DNA of 64,000 nucleotides from Geosiphon pyriformis uo1 (Eukaryota; Fungi; Glomeromycota). The DNA lies in contig JAAOMT010000595.1 in the NCBI GenBank assembly GCA_016748015.1, positions 190,282 through 254,281 of the forward strand, in the 5' to 3' direction. The notes under the pieces were generated by a model. The model worked only from the letters and a program-made list of their open reading frames with translations. It was not told the origin of the DNA and ran no database searches. Positions within the stretch are counted from its first letter, which is position 1. Each line of letters starts with the position of its first letter. Below are positions 13,540 to 25,688 of the stretch, piece by piece. The position numbers were made by a program, and so were the translations under genes.

Positions 13540-14325
13540 GTATTCAAATTAATCTTTCCCATCTGCTATTGATATGGATCTTAAAATCAAAAGTCCAAAA
13601 GCTCTCAACTTGCAGAAAAAATGTTCCTTTTACGATAACAACCAATTACCGAACAATTTTGTCCCTTAATTTCCTCTTTATCCAAGTGTTATTTAATAGT
13701 ACATATGATATATTACTTGTATTTATTATAGTAGCGAATTGGCAGAAAGGGTGGTAGATAAAAAAGAAACATCTCTTCAAACAATACTTGAAAATTTTCT
13801 TTCTCATCTTGCCTCCTCTTTTTGTAAGTCGCCAAAGTATATAGTATATTTTTAATTTCTTGTAAAACAGAGCAAGGCTAGTCCTCCCTCTTCTGCAACC
13901 ACTGTATTTAATTCTTTTATTCTACCCCTAATTGCACTTTTATTTCGAGTTTTGTTCATGTATATAATTTAACAATGATTCGATCTGATCATATACATAG
14001 AACATGCGCTCGAGGCTAAGGTATGAGTGTTTGCCTAAAAATTATTATTAATAACGAAAAATTTAATGGACCAGATAACTTCCTTTTTTCGCGTGTTTGA
14101 TCAATAATATTTTCCATATATTACATATTGATCTTGGTTGTAGAATATTGACCCATAAGTCATCAGGGGCTATATTTCTCGGTTCTCAAATTCTTTTCAT
14201 AGCAAATATGGCAATCAAAAGTATCTAAAATAGTTAAATATATATTGCTAGCAGGATTAATCACCAATAATAATCATCATTAATGTTTTAAATTTTGTAT
14301 AGCGACCAAATTCCATGGAAATTGC

Positions 14326-15687
14326 TTAGGAAGCAGTTTGAACTAATCGCAACAGGTCTGCAACTAAATATAAACTTCCACATAAAACAATTAAACCACC
14401 TCGTTGTTCTTGAAGCTCAAGGGCAGATTGTAGCGCGTGATTTAGGTTATCTACCGCTTTGATCTCAAGAATACCCGATTTCACAGCATAGGCTGATATT
14501 TCACTGGGATCACACGAATGTACCCAAGGCATTCCATCCACCTCGGAAAATTTCAGTGGTAAGATAGTATCACCATTTCTCACAAGAGCTTTCATGATAG
14601 CGGCAACATCTTTACCTTTTTTGGAAGCGAAGATGAAATGAGCATGTCGCTGTTTTGTTTTGTCCAACTCTTGATCCACAAAATTTCTTAATGAAATTGC
14701 GGCAGGTAGATTATGTGCTCCATCCACTAAGATACGACGCTTTCGATTACTAACTAAATGACTTATATCGACGTACTGAAGGCGACCGGGCCATTGGGTA
14801 GACGCGATGCCATCAATAATATGGCCATTGCTGATACGTTTAAAAGCTCCTTGTTCCAGTTTGCGCAATTGATCAATAGCCGCAATTGCAGTTGCCACAT
14901 TTTCCAATTGGATATCACCTTTCAGAGGCACAAAGAAATTCAGTGATGGCTCAGCAGAAGCACTGACATCTCGGGAAAGTTGGAATAACTTTCTATTGTA
15001 TTTTTGGTTATCGTCTAAACATAACGTTGCCCATCCAGAACTACGCAATTTGTCCCATTTTGCAGGCTTTACCCAGGTTACACGAGAGCATTCCATCTCG
15101 GCTATACAACGGTTGAGGGTATCAATTGCACCAACTTCATTTTGTGGTGCAATCACAACGTGCCCACCTTTCTTAACAATTCCTATTTTTTCTCGAGCGA
15201 TTTCTTGAATGCTATTACCCAATAGTTCGGCATGATCCATTCCTATTGATGTAATAACACTAACTAAAGGTGGTGGCGAGTTGAAAACATTGGTAGCATC
15301 CAGTCTCCCACCAAGTCCAACTTCTACCACCGCAATTTCAATGTTCTGCTTAGCAAACCACCAAAAAGCAGAAGCTGTTAGTAACTCAAAAGAGCTTGCA
15401 TTCACCGTGTTTCGTGTAGATATAAATTTGAGGAGTTCACGAAAGTCTTCGTTTCCAGTTGGTATCCCATTTATTCGAATCGAGTCGCGAGGTTCCAGTA
15501 AATGTGGCGAATTAAAGCGACCGGTTTTGAAACCGGCTTTTAAGAGAATATGATCAATATAAGCGGAAACGGATCCTTTACCATTTGTTCCTGCTATGTG
15601 AATCACGGAGAAACGAGTGTGTGGATTGTTGATAAGATTTAATAAAGTTATTATTCGCCCAAGCTCTAGTTTAATCCCTGTTGACAT
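14326..15687 (-). CDS. FOL3: Dihydrofolate synthase / folylpolyglutamate synthase (FolC family), intronless
   Basis: HIAGTNGKGS P-loop, FNSPHL, FELLTA, VEVGLGGRLDATN, DH..LG, WPGRLQ, DGAHN, GMPWV, CGSLYLV. Confidence 0.92.
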   Translation of the reverse strand: MSTGIKLELGRIITLLNLINNPHTRFSVIHIAGTNGKGSVSAYIDHILLKAGFKTGRFNSPHLLEPRDSIRINGIPTGNEDFRELLKFISTRNTVNASSFELLTASAFWWFAKQNIEIAVVEVGLGGRLDATNVFNSPPPLVSVITSIGMDHAELLGNSIQEIAREKIGIVKKGGHVVIAPQNEVGAIDTLNRCIAEMECSRVTWVKPAKWDKLRSSGWATLCLDDNQKYNRKLFQLSRDVSASAEPSLNFFVPLKGDIQLENVATAIAAIDQLRKLEQGAFKRISNGHIIDGIASTQWPGRLQYVDISHLVSNRKRRILVDGAHNLPAAISLRNFVDQELDKTKQRHAHFIFASKKGKDVAAIMKALVRNGDTILPLKFSEVDGMPWVHSCDPSEISAYAVKSGILEIKAVDNLNHALQSALELQEQRGGLIVLCGSLYLVADLLRLVQTAS

Positions 15688-15868
15688 TCCTCTTAAACCT
15701 TCCTTGGACTGGTAAGAAGGGAAACTTTGAATGAAAATTGCCGCATGTTGGGATTAGTTAGTGTAAGGGAAAAATGAGAATTTCCTTTCCGTTATTTATT
15801 AGGAAATCTCCGGGAATTTTAAACCCACTTAGAAATATTGACAATTTTTTTTAGATAGATCTTCAAGT
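15688..15868. promoter_or_regulatory. 181-bp divergent intergenic region (probable bidirectional promoter) between FOL3 and PUF6
   Basis: Start codons at 15687 (-) and 15869 (+) point away from each other. Confidence 0.6.
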
Positions 15869-18347
15869 ATGGTAAAAATAACTGAACTGAAAAGAAGTGC
15901 GAACGAAAGTGATAAAGAATTCGGGAGAAAAAAAGTCAAGCTTAGCAAGATAAAGGCTGCTCCAATTGGGCATAATGACCCAGAGTCAAGCGAGGCAGAG
16001 TGGAGTGAACCTGATGCAGGTCTCGAAAGTAACGAAGAATCAAGTTCTGGCGAATTTTCCGAGGCAGAAGATGCTTCCTCGGGCTCAGCAGCACATCCTG
16101 AATTTGACCTCCATATAAAAAATGAAAAAGCAGAACCGAGACCGCAACAAAAATCTGGTAACAAGAAAAAATTTTATACGAAAAGACTTTATTTGATAAA
16201 ATCAGCTCATACTTTATCACTAACCCTTTATAAAAAACCATGGTTTAGATTCGAAAGAATCACATGCGGCCGCCAAAGCATTGCGTCGTGAGCGCCAATC
16301 ACAAAAACCACTCTACGATATCCGCGAATCTTCCAAAGAGATTTGGGGGAAGGTTAGAGAAAAAAATACGAAGCCTGTAGATCGCAAAGTTCTTTTGTCT
16401 CGATTGATGGAGTTGATTGAGGGCAAAATACCCGATTTCGCTCTCAAGCATGACACTTCCCGAATTCTCCAAACTTGTTTAAAATACGGTAGCAAGGAAC
16501 AAATTGCTGCAATTGCTTCTGAATTAAAAGGCCGATATGTTGAATTATCGAAAAAAACCCATGGTCGTTTTATAGTGGAAAAGATCCTTAGATATTGGTA
16601 AATGCTTGGAGAAAATTATATCGGAGAGTCAAGAAAGTGATTGGAAAGCTGACTCATCATTTCTCTTACGAATAGGGAAAATCGTAATATAGTTATCCAT
16701 GAAATGTATGGGCATGTAACAAAGCTGATGCGACATAAAATCGCATCGCATGTAATAGAGGCATGTTGGAGTTATGGGAATTCTAAAGATAGAATAGGCC
16801 TTATACGAGAGTTTTACGGACCAGAATATCAGTTATTTGACGTAAGTCAGTTCAGATTTTTAAGTTGTTTGAATGCTTAATTATATTTTTTTAATCACTA
16901 AAATTCTAGGAGAAAAAAGATCTTGACCAAATTATATCGGAGAATCCAGCAAAGAAAGAATCAATTCTGAAATCTCTTTCCGAGGTTTTGGCTTCTTTTT
17001 TGAACAAAGGAACTGCCAGACATAGTATCGTTCATTATGCCCTTTTCAAATTCTTTCAACTTGGTAACGAAAAATCCATATCCGATATGATTCCAATCAT
17101 TCAAGAATATCTGGTGGAAATTCTCCATACTTGGGATGGTGCACGTGTTGCCATGCTGTCACTTGTCTATGCGACTCCTAAGGTGAGGAGTAATTAAGAT
17201 TTGCGTGATTTTTTAATGCTTCAAATTCTTATTATGATCTCAATTTAGGAACGAAAAATTATCTTAAAGAGCTTTAGAACTTTTATAGTGAAAATATGTT
17301 GTGAAGAATATGGCTATTTGGTATTGTTGCGCGCTTTTGATGTTGTTGATGACACCATTCTTTTAAAAAATATCATTCTTAAGGTACTCTACACTCCTTT
17401 CAAATAACTCCTAGTTCAATAAAATTTCAGCCGTTTAAATTAAAATTTTCCTTCGTGTTGGTTTTTTAAGGAAATGACCGAAAAAAGTTTATATACAAAC
17501 GCGGTGAGAGAAATCAGTCAGCATAGGATTGGTTCCCGTGTTCTTATGTATTTGTTTTCTGGGAGATCACCTTTCTTCCTTAACAAGCCTACACGTGATT
17601 TACTTGCGTCGACTGATGAGATAAGAGCCAAAATGAGGTTTTTTATAAGGGATTTTTTTATTCAGCATCTATGTTCATAACTAAAATAAATTTGGTAATT
17701 TTAGTAAAAAGGATCCGAAGATTCGAGCTAGGGAACTTTTAGATATGGTATCTCCCGAGTTGATTAAGTACGCAACTGATCATACTTTAGAAATGTTGGA
17801 CAACCCTTTCTCTTCCAAAGTTTTATCCGAGATCTTGTTGCACGCAACCAAAGGGGATAAATTACCTATATTATATCAAATCGCCAAGGAGGCTGAACAG
17901 AAGCCATATGAATCGCATATTATGTTTACAATGGCTAACCATACTCTAAAGATACTTATTCATGGTGGGCACTATCAACCAAAACCTAAGTTAAAGGATC
18001 AGAATGAGGCCAATGAGGAAAATCACTTATCCCAAGAAAACCCATTGGCGGAATTTCATTTCCCCCGCCTACTCCTTGCCAGTATTCAAGATCATTTGTT
18101 GGAATATGCCACGCACTTGACAGGTTCATTTCCGGTGCTCGCTTTATTGGAAACTGACGAGACTAAAGTTGAAGTACGCCAGATATTAAGCTCACATATT
18201 GAAAAGCTTAAAGGAAATCAGCATCTGGTTGGAGTACAACTAATACTTAAAGAGTTGGGTTATGAGGTCACTTTGCCTTCCAAAAGTTTAGAAAAATCCG
18301 AGGTAAGTAGAAAGAGAAAAAGAGAAAGATCAAAGCAGAAAGATTAA
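15869..18347 (+). CDS. PUF6: Pumilio-repeat/CPL-domain ribosome-biogenesis protein Puf6/PUM3; about 7 exons
   Basis: Acidic/basic N-terminus, ALKHDTSRILQTCLKYG, LIREFYGPEY, EILHTWDGARVAM, RKIILKSF, FDVVDDT, SKKDP; GT-AG introns (first 16158-16248) link the ORF pieces. Confidence 0.92.
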
Positions 18348-18719
18348 AAAAAAAATTGCAAGTTTCCGAATAATTTCAAAAGTTTTTTCATCAAATATAT
18401 GGATATTTCTTCTACTCAGCCATCCTAAGGCTTTCAATTTTGCACCAGTCCAATTTCATACCTGCACTAAACATTTAGAATTTTTATCTCTGTTCAGTTT
18501 CATTATGGATTTGACCAATTTAACACAAAGAAAAGAATACCAGGGATGGGATTCTTAATGATGTTCGTGTTCACAATTTAAATATTCGAGGCAAATAAAT
18601 CCGCATAGTAAATTAGCCTAATTGGTGAAAAGTACAACGTTGATCGAACGTAAACAATTTGAAATCAGATATTTGAATCATTTATCGGTGGTGTTCTTTA
18701 ACTTCAATGAATAAAGACT

Positions 18720-19799
18720 ATGGCAACTGAAGTTCTAGAAACCAGTTCAGCCACACAATTTAACGAAACTAAACTATCAAAACCACTCACAACCACTAAG
18801 ATCCCTCTATTGACCCCTTCAAGTGATTATAACGTGCTGCTCCCCGCTCCCTTAAAACCTGAAGAGGAGGAAAAATTAAAAGCTCTAAAAGATTATGTAG
18901 AGACCATATTATTACCCGTAGGTGATCCACGATATGAGGTCGAACGAAGGTGGGTTTCCGACCAATGTTTAAAACGATATTTACGTGCCGCAAAATGGAA
19001 TCTCCGAGAAGCTAAGCAGCGAGTACTGGAAACTTTGGAATGGAGGCGAGATTATAAACCTGATCAAATTGATCCGAAGGAAGTTGAGCCGGAGGTGGGT
19101 AGTATTTTATAGTTGCTTAACAGTTCTTTGGGAACAATCATTGTCAGTGTATTTTTGATGAGACTGATTTTTTTGGAACAATGCAAAGTGTGTCACGGGT
19201 AAAATCCACTTTAATGGGTTTGACCGACACGGCCGACCGATTTTGTACCTTCGGCCCGGATTAGAAAACACTAAAGCTGGACCAAGGCAGATCAAGAATA
19301 CTGTTTTTGCATTCGAGCGTGGAATCAATTTGATGCCGGCTCAAGTGGAAACTATTGTGCTTCTCGTAGATTTCGATAAGACATCATTAAAATCGAGTCC
19401 GGGGATCGGGATTGCGAAAGAGTTTGTACATATTTTGGGATCACATTACCCGGAGAGATTAGGTTTAGCTTGTGTTATTGATGGTGGGGATTTTTCTCAA
19501 TTTCTCAATTTTTGTATTATTTTTTTTACTAACTAAATTTTTTGGACAACAATGATAAAGCGCCATGGTATTTTAGCACTTTCTATAAACTAATATCACC
19601 GTTTATAGACAATGTGACAAAGGAAAAATTTAAGTTCACCAATTTACAAGATCCAGATAAGGGTACTCGAACACAATGGCTGAATTTGGATACAATTATC
19701 GATAAGTCACAGTTAGAGTCAGAATATGGTGGAGAGAATGCATTCGTATATGATCATAAAACTTATTGGAATGCTTTATTAGAGGCCACAGGGCTTTAA
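18720..19799 (+). CDS. PDR16: CRAL-TRIO (Sec14-like) lipid-transfer protein, Pdr16/Sfh3 type; exons 18720-19094, 19189-19483, 19561-19799
   Basis: CLKRYLRAAKWN, TLEWRR, TGKIHFNGFDRHGRPILYLRPG, HYPERLG, PW..F.K.ISPFID..TKEK, EYGG. Confidence 0.88.
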
Positions 19800-20153
19800 T
19801 AAGAGATCATGTATTTGGGATGGTAAATTCTCCAAGGGTTAAAGTAATTAAGGATAAAAAATAAAAGCTGTTATTGTTATTTTGATTTGCAATTTTTCAT
19901 TATACTAGTGAGAACGGTGTGCGTGATTAGGGGAAGTCGAGAAGATCATCTTTTACCTGTTATTGGAATTGAAAATTGCGCAACTTGGATTATCAAATGT
20001 TGTGAATCCAGATTTTTACCTTGCAAAAATTATGTTAGACTATTGGATGACTTCATGCATATAGAATGAATCAGAATTTTATAAAGGATCAACATACATA
20101 TAACTTAACATCAAACAGGATTTCCTTACGAAATCTCAAGTATTTACCAAATT

Positions 20154-22162
20154 ATGTATGAAAATATACTGACTAACGAAACGCAACCAACTTCACAAAT
20201 ATCTGGGACTTTATCTCATGATGAAATTCGTGATCGAATTAAAGGATGTTTGTTCGGTAGGGTCACATCTATCACCAAGATATCTGGCTAATTTCATTAT
20301 GATATCATATAAGAACCGTTTCTTTAAGAAATGGAATCTGAGAGCTGAAAAGATGATTATTAAAAAAATAGAGTCAATGTCAATGTCATTTGTTATTTAT
20401 TTATTTATTAATTAATTAATTAATTAATCAAAAATAATAATTGAAAAGAATAATTGTCATTGATTCAAGCTTTGTTTCCATTAATATTTAATGAAAACAA
20501 TTTAATAAGTAAATTTTGTTGCCATTGCCACAAATCATAATATAAACTATTTAATGTTTGTATTTTGAAAATATTTATGCATAATATTATGGACGATCAA
20601 ACCAAATATTCAAGATGAACATTAAACCTAAAGCATCACTAAACACTAAATGACAACCAATTATTTTTCGCAACCTTTCAAAAACTTTCAATTTCTCATG
20701 ATCTCACATAATAATTTTCTTTTTTGGCACTCTGTTATGTAAATCTATGATGATTAGGAGCGGCAATCGGTGATGCGGTCGGTTTGGCAGCTGAGTTCAT
20801 GAGCAAGAAAGTGGCAAGAAAGAATTATGGCAAGGGACCGATCCAGTTTGGATTAGATACCGAAGGGTATAAACGATCAATAATTTATCACTGATCTTTT
20901 AACTTTTGCCCGAGATAGATTATTCGATTTGACCACGAAAATTTTAATTTTTGTAAGGACTCCCATACCCCGTGATTATTGGCGAAGCGCTTGGGATCCA
21001 AACGATTTCACTGATGACACCGATCAACAACTTCTCATCATCCAATCTCTTCTTTCGACTTCCGGCCAACTCTCTTACCACGACTTTGCCACCCGCCTTA
21101 AGGCCTGGCTCTCGATCGGTCTGCCAGAAATCCAGAAGCCATGTGTCGGATCCGGTAACACGATCCTTTCAACTACTGCACATACTGATTTCTTAAAAGA
21201 CCCCCATAGTGCTGCCGAGTACATTTGGCAAAAATCGGGACAAAAAATGGCAGCGAACGGAGCCGTTATGAGGACTGCTGTGTTGGGATGTTTGCAATTT
21301 TGGGATGAACAAGTGGTGAGACAGAATGCGATTGATGTAGCGAAAGTAACCCATAGAGATCCGAGGTGTTTGATGAGTTGTGTTATCGTGTGTTTGACGG
21401 TTAGTTTTCTAATGAGGGGGATTGGACGGATCCCTGATCTGAGGGATCGGGGTCAGAATGATGGTGGTGGCAGAAACGTCAGCGTGGAAATTGATTTGGA
21501 AGATCCAACACAGCCAGCGGCTACCTCGACATTTATAACATCCTCTCCAACATCAATAAATGATATTTCCATGGACATGTTTGGTCCTGACCTTGAACTT
21601 ACCAATCTTATAGGCGAAATCATTTCCCGACATTCCGATATTGTAACTTCAACCTTAATAAATGATCCTTTAGTTGATGATCCAATGGCAGAACTCAATC
21701 GACATTGTTTCCCAGAAACTCTGTCAAAACTATGGTTGGATGAATCAAAAAAAGTGGGATATACTTATAAATCCTTAGGGGCTGGTGTATACCCAATCAC
21801 ACGAAATTTAGTGAATGGGTTAAGTTTTTTCCCTGAGGGACAAAGGACATATGGAAATTTGTTTAAGAGAATGATTACTGAAGTTACTTTGGAAGGAGGG
21901 TGAGTTTGAACTAAATATTTAAATTTTTGAAATTCAGAATTTGAGTTAATTGGAATGAATATATTTTAAATATTTTATTTTTCGTAATTCGATATTTGAA
22001 AGTGACGCGGATTCTAATGCTACCGTTACCGGAGCCCTTTTAGGATGCCGATTGGGAAAAAGTCAGTTGCCCAGAGAGTGGGTTCAAGGTGTGAAGCATC
22101 ATGAATGGCTTGATGAGATGGCTGAAAAATTTTGTGAATTGGTAATAAGAGATTTGAAGTAA
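20154..22162 (+). CDS. ADP-ribosylglycohydrolase (ARH/DraG/crystallin-J1 family); exons 20154-20256, 20758-20866, 20958-21899, 22003-22162; true start uncertain
   Basis: DRIKGCLFG|AAIGDAVG..EF, FTDDTDQ, ANGAVMR, TH.DPRC, GYTYK, GG|DADSNATVTGALLG..LP.EW; splice phases are consistent. Confidence 0.9.
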
Positions 22163-22957
22163 AAGAATGATAAAAAAGATTGATGTTTTGAAGCTTCTAA
22201 ATTTAATTTTTGATATTAATTACTATCAAATTAAATAAATTAAATTGAAATTTTTGAAATATGTTTATATATTTAAGATTAAAACAATATAAATTTATTA
22301 AATTTTTGTTTTTTTTTAAATCAAATAACAAAAAAAAAATTTTTTTTATTATGAATTATTAAAAATCATTGATAATTAATAATAATATTTACAATTTGCA
22401 ATTTTTAAATATATGAAAAAATACACAACTTAATACCCAAAAACTAATGTAAAAAAATATATAGGTTATTAATTTGTTTCTTGTTATGATAAATAATAAA
22501 ATAAAATTTTGTGTCTATTTTTAGTTTGTAACATCAAAAATATTAAATTAGTGGGTAACATTATCTTTTTCAATAATAATAAGGTTATTTCAAATATCCA
22601 ATCAAAAGTAAAATATGAATAGGAAAAATGTATGTTAATTCTTTTTCGGGATATTTTTCTCTGCCAAATTTGTCTAATAAAATCTTGCATCAAGCATAAA
22701 TTTTATAATTAAAAAAAAAAAAGTTTTTGCTCCAATGTAAAACTTTTTCCCATATTTCATGCATTTGTGATTTTCTGGGGTTAAGCAAAATAAATTTTAT
22801 TTTATATATATATTTTTTTTGATAAAATAAACATAATATATCTATTTTAAAGATTTCCATTCAGGGAATAGTAACTTTCAAAAGCGCATTAAATATTCAA
22901 ATTTCCTTTATTCTTAAAAAGGGTGATAATAGTTGAAAAAATTTTTTATTTAATCAA

Positions 22958-22997
22958 CATCAATCAACATCAACATCAACATCAACATCAACATCAT
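22958..22997. repeat. (CATCAA)n microsatellite
   Basis: About 6 tandem CATCAA units. Confidence 0.85.
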
Positions 22998-25402
22998 CCC
23001 AAGTTTTGATTTGGGGATATGATGGTTTGAAGAGACCATTTTTGGTCAATCGTGGGATATTTCCCACCATATCAATATATATATAGTTTAGTTAATTTTT
23101 ATTTCGTAATCGGGAAACCAACTCATCATTTGAAATATTTTTTTAATCACATCAACGAGATCAAATAATCAGAGCAATATCATTACCGTGTTCGACATCA
23201 TGATGTCATTTAGCCTAAATATATTTCAATCTTACCATTGTGATTCGAAAAGATCACGCAATCTATTTCTTAAACCAGTCTATTAGGGAAATTAGGCTCG
23301 CCTTCTTTTCCCAACTTCCTTGAATGTTTTCTAATAAATTATTCTTATCATCATTACTAATTCAAGTATAGTTACCAAACGATCATGGATTCTCAAAGGG
23401 AAATCTTCAATGATGTACACGGGGATAAAAGTAAAGATCTACCATTCAAATAATCCCCGATTATGTTGCCAATTGAGAACTAAGGAAAATGTTTGTTGAT
23501 ATTTGACAAAGTTTGGAGAGAGATATGCTAAGAATAGCTGCAAATAAATAAATTCGCCAACCAGTCTGTTATTCTGAAGTTTAGATGATTCGGAATCTTC
23601 TGCACCAATTGAAAAATATTTGAACTTCTCCTTGAAACTTAAAAAAAAAAACTTGTCAAATTAATAAATTTTTATTGGTTAGATACTTGTTCAAAATTTC
23701 CACACTTTTGAAACTTGAAATTCAAAAGTATAAAGGTGGTGACAAATATGTTTATTTTTGATACAAAAAACTATTTAAAAAAAAAATTTCTCAATTACCT
23801 TGGAACAATCAGTTTTTGAAATGTGTATATTTATACTTGATACAAACAAGGACGAAAAAACATGACCATCTGTTATCAAATTCTATTGACTAGAAGATAA
23901 GGAAATCTAAATGTTGACATCAATTTACTCACAAAAAAAATATTGTATCGTTAAGGAGACCTTCTATTCTGTATTCTCACGCCAACAAAATTTTTCTATA
24001 ATGTACTCGAACTAGAGATGACGACTTTCCTGTGGGCGGAGAAATTGTGAGAAAGCGCGGGCTTTTCTAATTGTATGTTGTGTAAAATTGTATTGTGGGG
24101 GAAAGAAACTTCCAGTCGTATGATTGTTTCCAATATACTTGTGACGGGGAAACTTTCCCGAAATTGAGACCTATTAATAAAATCACATGATTATTTATTC
24201 TTTTCATCACTTATTAAAAGTCAATGAAAAAGAAAAGCGAAATGGTGATTATGATTATGATGACGATGGTGGAATAGGGATCGATATCGATTAATTGTGC
24301 GAAAAGCGAAAGAGAATATGGCCAGACTTTAATAGTTTGATCTTCAGTTAAAAATTGGAATATCATAAGTACCTAAAGTTTGGGCTTTTACCATTTTCGC
24401 TGGTTAACCCCTACAAACAAGTACTACCAAACAATTTGAAGAAAAAAAAACGGGACTGGGCGACAGTACAACGCGAGAATTAAATATATTCTAACGTGAA
24501 TACGTAAGGATAACTCGGAATTTAACTAAAAATGGTTTAGACTTTTAAAATTTTTAACTGTGACACAGACCACCGCATACCCGATATTTGGCTAAGAATT
24601 ACTATCTTCACAAAATGAGTTAGTAATATAAATAAAATTTTCGGTAAAACTGACCGCACAAAGTTTTCTTTTCTTTGTATGGTTCACTGTTCAAGTGAGA
24701 ACTTTATCATCAACATCAGCACCTAACAACAACATCATCATCATCAATATCATCAACATCACATTTTTTTATTTTAAAAATCATTTGACGGTCCATTTAT
24801 TTTCTCAGTGGTAGTAATAATAGTAATAATGGAACAGAGTAGAAGTTTTATGAAGTTTTTTTTTTTTTATTATAATGTGTACTAAGTAAAAGACCAATAA
24901 AGTTTAGTTGATCAAAAAACTTGACGTAACACATACTTCCCACACTATGATACAAAACTGGGGATCGTTAGCAACTCAGAACCCTTTTTAGTATAACGTC
25001 CCTTTTCTTTATAACCTCACCCACCGACTTATCTCCCCTTTTTTCTTCCTCATTCTCTTCTCAAACTTTCGCGTTACCACCTTTTTTTCTTCTTCGTATG
25101 TTTCCTTTTTCTTAAAGAGAAAAGACTCGACTGGGTAGAAAATATTATAGCTTTAAAAAACTTACCATACATATACACACATATATACACAATAAATTCG
25201 ACTATATGGTCAAACTAAATATAACAGTGTTCTAAAACTTTCAACCAAAAAATAAAAATAGTTCAGAATATTTAATAGCTCCTTGGAGAAAATCTAAAGG
25301 AAACTCACAAGAGTATTTGACTCCTTTTTAAAATAATAAGAGACTACCCACTCGAGAGTCAACCTCAATTTAGTTTCCTGAATAACTACAAAAAAAAAAC
25401 AT

Positions 25403-25452
25403 CTGCTGCTACTGCTACTGCTACTGCTACTACCACCACTCACTACACCACC
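25403..25452. repeat. (CTACTG)n / CAC-rich simple repeat in the leader of the Edc1/PNRC-like gene
   Basis: Direct reading: ctgctgctactgctactgctactgctactaccaccac. Confidence 0.8.
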
Positions 25453-25688
25453 AGCCTGAAACTTGAAAAAGTATATAAATTTTTTCAAAATTTTCTCTTG
25501 AGCAAATATCAATGTTTCTTTGTTGTGTTTTCCATATTACTTCTTACTTAACGTCTCATCTTTATTCTTAAACCTTTATCAACACTCGCTTCTAGCTTTC
25601 ATACAATACTTGCATCAAACTTATATATTTTATCGGTTGAGAACATAAAAAAGAACAATTTTTCAACATAACTAAGAAAAAGGACAAT

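Noticed and set aside
14326-15687. Intronless folC as a bacterial horizontal transfer
   Set aside because: Features such as GMPWV and overall length fit ordinary fungal FOL3, composition matches neighbours, and other genes here are also intron-poor.
20154-22162. ARH as a bacterial DraG or symbiont-directed effector
   Set aside because: Has spliceosomal introns, no signal peptide seen, and the family is common in fungi.
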